This document shows positions 11,560-20,078 of a stretch of DNA of 64,000 nucleotides, piece after piece. The DNA is from an uncultured Poribacteria bacterium. GTDB lineage: Bacteria; Poribacteria; WGA-4E; WGA-3G. The stretch's first letter is position 1. Each line of letters opens with the position of its first letter. The stretch spans positions 3,392,001-3,456,000 of the forward strand of contig CATQHZ020000001.1 in NCBI GenBank assembly GCA_958296135.2, read 5' to 3'. The notes under the pieces are model-generated. The model did not search any database and had not been told where the DNA came from. It saw nothing but the letters and a program-made list of their open reading frames with translations. Both the position numbers and the translations under genes were made by a program.

Positions 11560-12360
11560 TTACCCCTCCAATTGCTCCAACAAATTCAGTTGCGCTGGAT
11601 GCATCGGTTCCGCGCGCGTTTCAGGTTCAGGCACGCGCGGCAAAGGCTGCTGTTTTTCCGCGTCGCGCGCAGCGCGCTCAGCGTCAACTCTCTCCCCTTC
11701 TCGCGTCGCGCCTCTTCTTTGAGAACGTCGCCGCCCCTTTCTCGTCCGCTGCCCAGGTTGAAGGAGTTCCCACTCCGGCTTGCCGTTTGCTGCCTCAAAC
11801 GCCTTTTGCACCTGCCTGAGTTCATAGCAGATATAAATAAAATAAGCATCTTCGCCGGTTGGCATCTCCGCGAGCGATTCAATGAGCGTTTGGAAGGCAT
11901 CCGGTTCGTTTTCCTCAAGCCATTTCATAGATTCGGCGAAAGCCTCGCGCGTTCGCGCTTGATATAGGTTGTGGTTACCCTCCAGCAACACAGACCAGAG
12001 GCGGTTCACTCTATCGGTATGCTGCTCGCACGGTGTGCCTGCGCCGTTGAGCGACAGCCTGCGCCGGCGGCGTTCAGCCGCCACCGCACCAGTCCGCGGT
12101 TCCGGAGCGACGCGCACCGCCTCTCGGCGAGCCCGTTTTTTCTCTTCAAACCCTTCATAGAGTGTTAAAATCACCGAATCTGCCATCAGCGTGTTGAATC
12201 TCCCCGGAGCACGCTGTTTGAGAATAGATAACGACTCATACGCGTGTATTTTCGCTTGTGGCGCATCCATTTTCGCAAGCCGGACAACTCGTTCAGCATG
12301 CTGTTCAACTCGCGTCCCGACACCGCTCAGCTTATAAGTTCCTCGTCGTTTTTTACTCAC
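11560..12360 (-). CDS. Hypothetical protein with an internal duplicated helical motif
   Basis: GTG start with upstream AGGAG/AGGTG; first gene of an operon with rfbB; repeat EQHAERVVRL / EQHTDRVNRL. Confidence 0.6.
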   Translation of the reverse strand: MSKKRRGTYKLSGVGTRVEQHAERVVRLAKMDAPQAKIHAYESLSILKQRAPGRFNTLMADSVILTLYEGFEEKKRARREAVRVAPEPRTGAVAAERRRRRLSLNGAGTPCEQHTDRVNRLWSVLLEGNHNLYQARTREAFAESMKWLEENEPDAFQTLIESLAEMPTGEDAYFIYICYELRQVQKAFEAANGKPEWELLQPGQRTRKGRRRSQRRGATREGERVDAERAARDAEKQQPLPRVPEPETRAEPMHPAQLNLLEQLEG

Positions 12361-12478
12361 CTATTCACTCCTTCTCTGTCTCTCAAAATTGGATACGTAT
12401 ATCTTATCATAAATGCGCGTGTGATGTCAAGGTTGTTTTTTTTATGTCGCGTCTCTTGAGACGTAGCGCGGGGGCCGT

Positions 12479-12563
12479 CACGGTCACGTCTACAGAAAAT
12501 GTGCGTGTGTCGCCCCGCGTAAACACGGTCACGTCTACAGAAAATGTGCGTGTGTCGCCCCGC
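12479..12563. repeat. Perfect 40-bp direct repeat (2 copies, period 45)
   Basis: cacggtcacgtctacagaaaatgtgcgtgtgtcgccccgc at 12479-12518 and 12524-12563. Confidence 0.9.
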
Positions 12564-12597
12564 CAAAGCACGCTACCTTTCCCCGCGATAGAAACAT

Positions 12598-12730
12598 CGC
12601 GAGGGACAGGCGGGGAGTCGAGACCAGGAGGTCTCTCCTACCGGGGCGGCCCGCGATCGAAACATGGCGAGGGACAGGCCCTCGTCCTACGGGCCGAGGG
12701 AGCGGACAGATATAGAAATCTGTCCTTACA
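12598..12730. repeat. Cluster of REP-like palindromes
   Basis: gagaccaggaggtctctcctaccggg, ggcgagggacaggccctcgtcctacgg and ggacagatatagaaatctgtccttac; each recurs elsewhere in the window. Confidence 0.8.
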
Positions 12731-12766
12731 GAATCGATCTGCGAACTGAATCTCTCTGAAATTTCC

Positions 12767-12795
12767 TTGACATAGAAAACCGAAAATAGTAAAAT
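12767..12795 (+). promoter_or_regulatory. Sigma70-like promoter
   Basis: TTGACA-N17-TAAAAT upstream of the mod fragment. Confidence 0.55.
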
Positions 12796-12843
12796 ATCCC
12801 GAAAACCTGAATTGAACCCAACACCGAAGGAAAACCGCACCCA

Positions 12844-13104
12844 ATGCCAACGCTCAATTGGATCGGAAAAGAGGCAGTTGTCAACCATCACAACGAAGTG
12901 CCTGTCCATACCCTCACGCATACCCCCGAACGTTCCAGCGAAACAAATGTGCTGCCATCGCCCGCGACAGGGAATCTGCTCATTGAAGGCGATAACCTCC
13001 TCGCGCTCAAGGCACTCCTCGCGCACTACGCCGGCAAAATTATCTGGTGTAGGGGAGGCGTGCGCTTCGACATTCTTGCAGGAAATATGTTAAACTCACT
13101 ATAA
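12844..13104 (+). pseudogene. Truncated type III R-M methyltransferase (Mod) N-terminus
   Basis: MPTLNWIGKEAV..HH.EVP...NLLIEGDNLLALKALL.HYAGKI stops just before the expected CIYIDPPY motif. Confidence 0.85.
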
Positions 13105-13117
13105 AAAGGAGCATCCA

Positions 13118-13855
13118 ATGACACAAAATCCGATGACATTCACCGCAGCGGCGTTGCACGACTGGGTCCAGCCCTTTGTTGAACGCCTGCTCTTCACCTC
13201 TCGTGAACGGCTCGTCGCACTGCTCGCACAGCACGCGGACAGAGCGGCACTCGAAACGGAGTTCCGCGAGTTTTTTGAAGGCTACATCGGACTCGGCTTT
13301 TCTCTCGAGGACGACGAGGCATCGCTCCTCGCCATGCTCGCCGCGGAGGAGACGTTTGCGCCGATGCACCACCGCGTCAAGAGGGTTGAAGCACAGCGAA
13401 AATCGTCACAGGACGGACGCATTGCGCGGCGAATGGGAGTAGGACCGCTTATCACGGACCCGCAGCCGGAGATAAAAGTCATTGAACTTTCAGACGCGGA
13501 CTTCCGCGCGTTGCTAGACACGCTCGTCAGTTGGCCGCTTTTCACCGCCCGCGAACGCGTCGCCAAATGCCTCAAGGAAGCCAGAGCGAACGCATATCGC
13601 ACCCCACGCCTACAAGAAAGCGAACAGGCAGCAGGCATAACCGACACGCACCTCAAAACCGCATTCTTGGAATTTTTCGTCTGTTATTTGGAGCTCGAAC
13701 AGTTCCTTGAAAACTACGAATACGACCAGGATGAAGGCCTGGAAATGCGCCCCGAGGTCCTTGAAGAATGGGAGCGCAGCATTGCCGAGGGCGAAGCCGG
13801 GGGGAAAACCTATTCGCTAGATGAAGTCGCGAAAGAATTGGGATTAGAACCGTAA
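13118..13855 (+). CDS. Hypothetical protein, internally duplicated, with an antitoxin-like C-terminus
   Basis: AAGGAG RBS; C-terminal SLDEVAKELGL motif typical of antitoxins preceding RelE genes; TAATG overlap with the relE fragment. Confidence 0.7.
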   Translation: MTQNPMTFTAAALHDWVQPFVERLLFTSRERLVALLAQHADRAALETEFREFFEGYIGLGFSLEDDEASLLAMLAAEETFAPMHHRVKRVEAQRKSSQDGRIARRMGVGPLITDPQPEIKVIELSDADFRALLDTLVSWPLFTARERVAKCLKEARANAYRTPRLQESEQAAGITDTHLKTAFLEFFVCYLELEQFLENYEYDQDEGLEMRPEVLEEWERSIAEGEAGGKTYSLDEVAKELGLEP

Positions 13856-13968
13856 TGTATACCTTAGAATTATCCGCACGTGCACAAGCGAATCGGCGGC
13901 GTTTGGATGCCACCATCCAAGCACGGGTTTGGACGAAACTGAACCGGTTATGTCAACATTGCGACTAG
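13855..13968 (+). pseudogene. RelE/ParE-family toxin fragment (37 aa)
   Basis: MYTLELSARAQANRRRLDATIQARVWTKLNRLCQHCD* resembles a RelE N-terminus; the catalytic C-half is missing. Confidence 0.65.
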
Positions 13969-14211
13969 ATCTCCCATAGGGCATCGTTGAGTATAAAGGC
14001 GAACATCTCTGGAGTGCCGACGATGCTGCTGAGAAACGCGAAATCGGCACCCTATGGGAGGCGCGGAGTAACGGGCAGTGTCTCTTCGTCATGCCGAGAG
14101 GCACCGATTTTGAGGCTATCCGCGCAAAATTGGGATAAAACCGTTCAGTGCCCCAGCGCGGTAGGTAGAAATGGGATAACTAAATGCCCCCGGGGAATGC
14201 CTCTGATTTGA

Positions 14212-14240
14212 TTGACAAACCAATGCAAAACTGATAAAAT
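14212..14240 (+). promoter_or_regulatory. Sigma70-like promoter
   Basis: TTGACA-N17-TAAAAT with extended TG, about 30 bp before the AKR start. Confidence 0.6.
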
Positions 14241-14270
14241 ACCCCACAAATCCACGAGAAAGGAAAAACA

Positions 14271-15212
14271 ATGCAACGACGAAAATTAGGGAACACCGGA
14301 CTCACCGTCTCCGAAATCGGGATGGGCACGTGGGAACTCGGCGGACGCGAATGGGGAGACATCGCCGAAACCGATGCCATCAATCTGCTCCGATACGCCT
14401 TTGACAACGGCGTTACCTATTACGATACAGCAGACCAGTACGGCGGCGGCCGCGCCGAACGGCTACTCGGAGAAGCATTCGCCGCACACAGCAATCAGGT
14501 GATTATCGCAACGAAACTCGGCTTTGAGTTAGACTCCGATGGCTGGATTAGCCACGGCTGGGAGCATCCGGACTTCAATGTCTCGCGCGCTTATATCCGC
14601 AAGGCCGTTGAAGGAAGCCTCACCCGCCTGCGCCGGGACATCATTGACATCTATCAATTCCACGCGCCGCCTCCCGCTGCAGCATGGGACGAGGCGTTCG
14701 GCGCGATGGAAGAACTCAAATCCGAGGGGAAAATCCGTTTTTACGGGTTGTGCCTCGGCAGTGAGGCGGACGCGTTGAAGGCGATAGCGGAAACCGGTAT
14801 CTCGTCCTTGATGCTAACCTACAACATTCTCACACAAGGCATGGCGGAACCGGTGATGAAAACGGCGCATGAGAACGGCATCGCCGTTGTCGTTCGGCAG
14901 CCGCTGTCATCGGGATTGCTCTCTGGCAATCTCACCCCGGATACCGTATTTGCCGAAAACGATTATCGCAAAACGTGGGCGCGTGAAAAGTTACTCGCTG
15001 AGCTCGCAAAGGTAGAGGAGATCAAAGCGATTGTCGGCGATGAAGCGCGGACGTTACCGCAAGCCGCGCTGCAGTTCATCTTAGCACACACCGCAGTCTC
15101 TAGCGTTGTCCCAGGGATGATGACATCGGCGCAAGTTGACGACGGTGTTGCCGCATCGGGTACCACGCCACTCTCGGATGCTCTCTTGCAACAATTGAGG
15201 AGGAGCGCATGA
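14271..15212 (+). CDS. Aldo/keto reductase
   Basis: LGNTGLTVSEIGMG, YDTADQYG, ATKLG, SLTRL..DIIDIYQFH, PLSSGLL motifs. Confidence 0.93.
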   Translation: MQRRKLGNTGLTVSEIGMGTWELGGREWGDIAETDAINLLRYAFDNGVTYYDTADQYGGGRAERLLGEAFAAHSNQVIIATKLGFELDSDGWISHGWEHPDFNVSRAYIRKAVEGSLTRLRRDIIDIYQFHAPPPAAAWDEAFGAMEELKSEGKIRFYGLCLGSEADALKAIAETGISSLMLTYNILTQGMAEPVMKTAHENGIAVVVRQPLSSGLLSGNLTPDTVFAENDYRKTWAREKLLAELAKVEEIKAIVGDEARTLPQAALQFILAHTAVSSVVPGMMTSAQVDDGVAASGTTPLSDALLQQLRRSA

Positions 15213-15514
15213 AAGTCATCGCAGATTTATGCGTCGTCCCCATCGGGGTAGGCGTATCCGTATCAAAATACGTCACCGCGTGCGAAGAAGTGCTGAAAGA
15301 AGCAGGATTGAAAACGAAACTGCACGCCTACGGCACTAACATTGAAGGCGAATGGGATGCAGTCTTCGTCGCAATCCGGCGATGCCATGAGGTGGTGCAT
15401 GAGATGGGCGCACCGCGCATCACAACAACCCTCAAGTTCGGTACCCGCACCGACCGGCACCAAACGATGGAGGATAAGGTGAACAGCGTCCAAAAACAAG
15501 CGGCGAAAGGGTAA
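15209..15514 (+). CDS. MTH1187/YkoF-family thiamine-binding protein
   Basis: VVPIG.GVSVSKYV...GTNIEGEWD...RTDR...MEDKV; ATGA overlap with the AKR gene. Confidence 0.9.
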   Translation: MKVIADLCVVPIGVGVSVSKYVTACEEVLKEAGLKTKLHAYGTNIEGEWDAVFVAIRRCHEVVHEMGAPRITTTLKFGTRTDRHQTMEDKVNSVQKQAAKG

Positions 15515-15548
15515 GGACAGATTTTTATAGTCGTCCTTACAAAAAAAC

Positions 15549-15577
15549 TTGATTTTTTTCTTTTTTTCTGTTAAAAT
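15549..15577 (+). promoter_or_regulatory. Sigma70-like promoter
   Basis: TTGATT-N17-TAAAAT with extended TG. Confidence 0.5.
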
Positions 15578-15621
15578 AGTTTGTAACTTTACAATTTTGA
15601 CAAAAAAGGAGAAACATTTTC

Positions 15622-16314
15622 ATGCAAAGGAGATTCTGGGTTTACGCCTGCTGCGCACTGGTATTTTTTGTAGCGGTGCAATTCGCAAGCGCACTAGATA
15701 AAATCGAGGGACCCTGGATGTGGATAGTCACCGAAAGCGAAGCCAATCAAGGCGGCGCAGGCGCAACCGACATTGACGGCATCGACGAAGCCACAAAAGG
15801 GAAACTCACCGAAGAAGATGTCGCGAAAGAGGGAATTACCGATAACATCCTGAAGGTCAAGTTCCCAGATAAACTCGAGTGGACCGAGGGCGAAATTGCC
15901 CCGGTCGGCGGGAACAACATCCAGGATATGCTCAACAAAATTAAGTTGGGCCCCGGCGGCGACATGAATGACTATTGTTCCTACGCCGTTATCAACGTCG
16001 TATCCAAGCAGAAACGCGGCGGCGTGGAAGCCCGCGTCGGAAGCGACGATTCCGTTAAGGTCTGGATGAACGGCAAAGAGGTACACAACAACCCTGTCAA
16101 CCGCGGTGCCGCCGACTTTCAGGACACGTTTGACGTTGACATTAACAAAGGCGATAATGTGCTGATGGTCAAAGTGTGTGAGCGCGGCGGGGGTTGGAGC
16201 ATGTTCGTCGGTATCGATGCCGATCTGGAATACAACCTGAAATTCAAAGGGTTGCCGGTTGAACCCGCTGGGAAACTAGCGACAACCTGGGCGAAAATCA
16301 GAAGCGCGTATTAA
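15622..16314 (+). CDS. Secreted PA14/jelly-roll-like (GSDD) domain protein with C-terminal VEPAGKLATTW tail
   Basis: Signal peptide; GSDDSVKVWMNG...GDNVLMVKV.E.GGGW; conserved C-terminal tail. Confidence 0.8.
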   Translation: MQRRFWVYACCALVFFVAVQFASALDKIEGPWMWIVTESEANQGGAGATDIDGIDEATKGKLTEEDVAKEGITDNILKVKFPDKLEWTEGEIAPVGGNNIQDMLNKIKLGPGGDMNDYCSYAVINVVSKQKRGGVEARVGSDDSVKVWMNGKEVHNNPVNRGAADFQDTFDVDINKGDNVLMVKVCERGGGWSMFVGIDADLEYNLKFKGLPVEPAGKLATTWAKIRSAY

Positions 16315-16589
16315 ACGTTCAGACTGTAAGGGCGGATGTCTCTATCCACCCATTCGGTTGCGTGTAAGGGCGGATGTCCATATCCGCCCACCACATCCGG
16401 TCTTACCGTTCATCACAGTTCATCCGAGAACTGAATCGTCCAGAGCGTTCTGTATTTTTGCTTGATTTAATTCCACGTCATTTGTTATACTAATTGACGA
16501 ATGACAAAGAAGGTTGTCCCATCCTTTCGTCAAGGGGTAGGACAACGCTGAATTTCACTTTAATTTTAAACCTAATTGGAGGTTTTTTA

Positions 16590-17825
16590 ATGTTGAGAAA
16601 AACACTTACGATAGGGCTCGCATGTGTGATGGCACTTTTCGTCATGACGCAGATAGCACAAGCCCAAGATAAAATTACCGGTCCTTGGCTGTGGGTTATT
16701 GCTCCGACCGAGGCGAACGAAGGCGGCGCGAATTCTACCGATCTCGATCAGCTCGAAGCCGCCAGCGGCGGCGATGTGACAGAAGCCGATGTCGCCGCAA
16801 ACGGCGCGAAGGAAGGCGATGCAGTCGGCGACTTGGCATGGACACTCGGTGAAATCACCGATACTGGCGGCGATAACGTCAACGATCTTGTCAATGAAAT
16901 CGGCCTCGGCGAAGGCGATGTCAACGACCATTCGTCCTACGCGCTCATCACGCTGGAATCCGCCACGGATCAGGCCGATGTAACGATGAAAGTCGGTAGC
17001 GATGACTCTGTCAAAGTCTGGCTCAACGGCGAAGTCGTGCATACCAATGCTGTCAACCGCGGCGCAGGCGACTTCCAAGATGAGTTCCCAGTCAACCTCG
17101 TCGCAGGCGATAATCTGCTGCTGGTGAAAGTCAGCGAGCGGGGCGGGGGCTGGAGCATGTTCGCCGGCATCGATGCCGATGTAACCGCTGTCTATAAAGA
17201 GCCTGTGGCCCCCGTGACAGGCAAAATCACAGGGCCCTGGCTCTGGATTATTGCCCCAACCGAGGCAAACGAAGGCGGCGCGAATTCCACCGATCTCGAT
17301 CAGCTCGAAGCCGCCAGCGATGGGGATGTAACAGAAGGGATGGTGGCAAGTGACGGCGCAGCCGAAGGCGATGTCATCGGCGACTTGGCGTGGACAGCCG
17401 GTGAAATCGCTGACACCGGCGGCGATAACGTCAACGAGCTCGTCAATGAACTCGGCCTCGGCGAAGGCGATGTCAATGATCACTCCGTTTACGGGCTCAT
17501 CATTCTGAATTCGCCGGCAGACCAGGGCGGCGTGCCGATGAAAGTCGGTAGCGATGACTCCGTCAAAGTCTGGCTCAACGGTGAAGTCGTGCATACCAAC
17601 GCCGTCAACCGCGGCGCAGGCGACTTCCAAGACGACTTCAAAGTCAACTTGAACGCTGGTGCCAACATCTTGCTGGTGAAAGTCAGTGAGCGGGGCGGGG
17701 GTTGGAGCCTGTTCGCCGGTGTCGGCGGCGAAGGCGTTACGACTGAACTGCCCATGGGGGCCGTGGCAGTTGAAGCGGCTGGTAAAATTATCACGACTTG
17801 GGGCAAATTGAAATCCGCCAAGTAG
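16590..17825 (+). CDS. Secreted acidic protein with two tandem GSDD domains and a VEAAGKIITTWGKLK tail
   Basis: ATG at 16590 after GGAGG; signal peptide; two near-identical domains offset by 552 bp. Confidence 0.85.
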   Translation: MLRKTLTIGLACVMALFVMTQIAQAQDKITGPWLWVIAPTEANEGGANSTDLDQLEAASGGDVTEADVAANGAKEGDAVGDLAWTLGEITDTGGDNVNDLVNEIGLGEGDVNDHSSYALITLESATDQADVTMKVGSDDSVKVWLNGEVVHTNAVNRGAGDFQDEFPVNLVAGDNLLLVKVSERGGGWSMFAGIDADVTAVYKEPVAPVTGKITGPWLWIIAPTEANEGGANSTDLDQLEAASDGDVTEGMVASDGAAEGDVIGDLAWTAGEIADTGGDNVNELVNELGLGEGDVNDHSVYGLIILNSPADQGGVPMKVGSDDSVKVWLNGEVVHTNAVNRGAGDFQDDFKVNLNAGANILLVKVSERGGGWSLFAGVGGEGVTTELPMGAVAVEAAGKIITTWGKLKSAK

Positions 17826-17850
17826 TGCCAACGCATAGTTAACAAAATTT

Positions 17851-17890
17851 CCGGTAGGCGCGATTGCAAACCGTGCCTACCGGATTTTTT
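17851..17890 (+). terminator. REP hairpin followed by a T-run, likely terminator between convergent genes
   Basis: ccggtaggcgcg-attgcaaac-cgtgcctaccgg followed by a T-run. Confidence 0.55.
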
Positions 17891-17943
17891 CTTCTCGGTT
17901 CTCGGAAGGTAGGAAGCTGAAAACGAAATGGTGCTGCCTTCAC

Positions 17944-18801
17944 CTAACCTGCTGCCATGATTTCCTTAAAAACCGGCAGCGATTCCCGAAACCCATCTTC
18001 TCGCGTGCCATTCTCTGGCTCGTAGACACTCTCCAGCGAAATCGCCCCTTGGTAGTTATCCCGCTTTAACGCAGCGACGATGTCGATGTAATAGGGGGCC
18101 ATCTGCCCGCGGTTCATCGCACAGAAATCGAATCGCGCCGCAGGGACGTTCACAACCCCGTCCTTGAGATGCACGTGCGCGATGTGCTCGCGGATAATCT
18201 CGTAGGCATCCGGATACGGCACCTCGGTACAATAAAGCGAACTGCACGGATCCCAGAGCACCTTCAGGTGTGGCGGATTGCCTAAATCCTCAATCAGTTT
18301 TTTAGCGAGCACTGCCGATGTGACGTTGCAGGAGATAGCCGTCTCAACAACCAACGTGAGCCCCGCCGCTTCCGCAAGTTTCAACGGCTCATCTAATAAC
18401 GTCAGGAGATTGTCCCACGCGCCCTCCGCTGCGTTCGGTTTGGAGCCGAAAAGCACCATCTCCTTCCGGAAACTAAAAATCCGCACCAGCGGTGAGCCGA
18501 GCTCCGCCGCAATGCCGATGCACCGCTGCAGCGTATCAATCTGCGCGCGATACGGCGGCGCGCTGGGTTCCGTATCGACAGGAATCCCTGTCAGGTTGTG
18601 ATGCGAGATACACGAAACCTTCAAATCCCGCGCGGCGATGAGCCCGCTGACCTTTTTGATATCTTCAGGAGTCAGTTCGCCAACCTCTTTCTCCCAAAGA
18701 TATTGCAATTCGACGAACTGCAGCCCGGTCTCTACCATGGTGTCCAGCGCATATTCAAAATCGCGGCTGATTCCGTCCGTGATGATTCCTAGTTTTCGCA
18801 T
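17944..18801 (-). CDS. Sugar phosphate isomerase/epimerase (xylose-isomerase-like TIM barrel)
   Basis: VRIFSF, VVET, LWDP, HVHLKD, ISLE metal-binding pattern. Confidence 0.85.
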   Translation of the reverse strand: MRKLGIITDGISRDFEYALDTMVETGLQFVELQYLWEKEVGELTPEDIKKVSGLIAARDLKVSCISHHNLTGIPVDTEPSAPPYRAQIDTLQRCIGIAAELGSPLVRIFSFRKEMVLFGSKPNAAEGAWDNLLTLLDEPLKLAEAAGLTLVVETAISCNVTSAVLAKKLIEDLGNPPHLKVLWDPCSSLYCTEVPYPDAYEIIREHIAHVHLKDGVVNVPAARFDFCAMNRGQMAPYYIDIVAALKRDNYQGAISLESVYEPENGTREDGFRESLPVFKEIMAAG

Positions 18802-19712
18802 GCGCCTCCCTCGCTCTTCTGTTCGGTTCTTTTCACTTCAACCCCCGCGATATTTTCGAGGATTTTGATAATCGTCCAGTTATCCTCATCGGGATTTACC
18901 GCTTTCCCGGCTTGGAAGAGTTCAAACGCCGCACTCGCCGCGAACAGCGGCACACCGCAGTCGTTTGCCATATTTTTCGCGAGCCCGAGGTCTTTGTGCA
19001 TCGTCCCGATATTGCTTTGGCCCTTGAAGTTACGGGACAAGATATTTTCGGTCGTGTCCCGAAAGAGGAAGTTGCCGACAACGCTGGTGCTGACGACATC
19101 GCGCAAGGTTTCCGGGGCTACCCCCGCCTTCACCGCCAAGGTCAGTGCCTCAAAGATACCGGCATAAGTTGTGCCGATGAGGACAGCGAGCGCGGATTTC
19201 ACAGTTTGCCCCATGCCTACCTCTTCGCCGACGTGATAGATGTCCCTCCCGACGGCTTCCAGCACCGGTTTTGTTGCCGCGAACGTCTCTGCCTCTGCTG
19301 CCACCATCATCGTCAGGGTACCGGCGGCTGCGCCCGGTGCGCCGCCACTGACAGGCGCATCGACGATATGCATCCCGCTGCTCGTCACGAGTTCTCCTAC
19401 CTCCATCACTTGGGAGCGGCCAATCGTCGCGGTGCAAATGACGGTGCTTCCCGGCTTGAGGCCTGCTAACAAGCCGTTTTCTGTCAGCAGTGTTGCTTTC
19501 ACCTGCTCCAGGTTAAGCACCATGAGAAAGACTGCGTCTGCGCATAACCCTACCTCTCTCGGGGATGTAGCGGGACGCGCGCCTTCTTGTCTGAGCGTCT
19601 CCAACGGTTCTGGCCTTACGTCATACGCCGTGAGTTCGTGTCCCGCTTTCAAGATGTTTCGGGCCATGCCCATCCCCATGTTGCCGACACCAATGAGTCC
19701 TACTTTTGCCAT
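18789..19712 (-). CDS. Beta-hydroxyacid dehydrogenase (3-hydroxyisobutyrate/L-threonate dehydrogenase family)
   Basis: GLIGVGNMGMGMA, DAPVSGG, catalytic K (GQTVK), KDL; start at 19712 after GGAGGAGG. Confidence 0.9.
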   Translation of the reverse strand: MAKVGLIGVGNMGMGMARNILKAGHELTAYDVRPEPLETLRQEGARPATSPREVGLCADAVFLMVLNLEQVKATLLTENGLLAGLKPGSTVICTATIGRSQVMEVGELVTSSGMHIVDAPVSGGAPGAAAGTLTMMVAAEAETFAATKPVLEAVGRDIYHVGEEVGMGQTVKSALAVLIGTTYAGIFEALTLAVKAGVAPETLRDVVSTSVVGNFLFRDTTENILSRNFKGQSNIGTMHKDLGLAKNMANDCGVPLFAASAAFELFQAGKAVNPDEDNWTIIKILENIAGVEVKRTEQKSEGGACEN

Positions 19713-20078
19713 CAATTTCCTCCTCCAATTCGGTTTTGATATTTTTCTAGAGCCATCTAGTTCTCCCTTAGGTTTGTCAGATTTTGTGCATATTCCAGTC
19801 CAGCGAGGCTTCTTAAGCGAACTTTGTCCTAAATTCTCCCCAGGTAGATGCAGTTCAGTTAACCGGCGCATATCCTTTACGGTGATTGACGGGTTGTTAC
19901 GTGTCGGGGCATGATAGAGTTTAGCCGATTTTCGCAAAAAAAAAATTTGCTATCAGTGTGAAATGTAGCATCTTTTGCGTTTTTTGTCAACACTATTTTG
20001 AAAGGAAACCAGAGACATTTAGTTTCCCTACAGGGAGGGCACGTTTTGACATCAAAACCGGAAACGAAATGGCACTAA

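Noticed and set aside
12479-12563. 40-bp direct repeat as a mini CRISPR array
   Set aside because: Only two copies with a 5-bp gap, no spacers and no cas genes; it is a local tandem duplication.
16587-17831. 414-aa minus-strand ORF
   Set aside because: Antisense shadow of the acidic GSDD protein; no recognisable motifs.
19713-19937. N-terminal extension of the dehydrogenase ORF
   Set aside because: A strong RBS and the Rossmann motif place the start at 19712.
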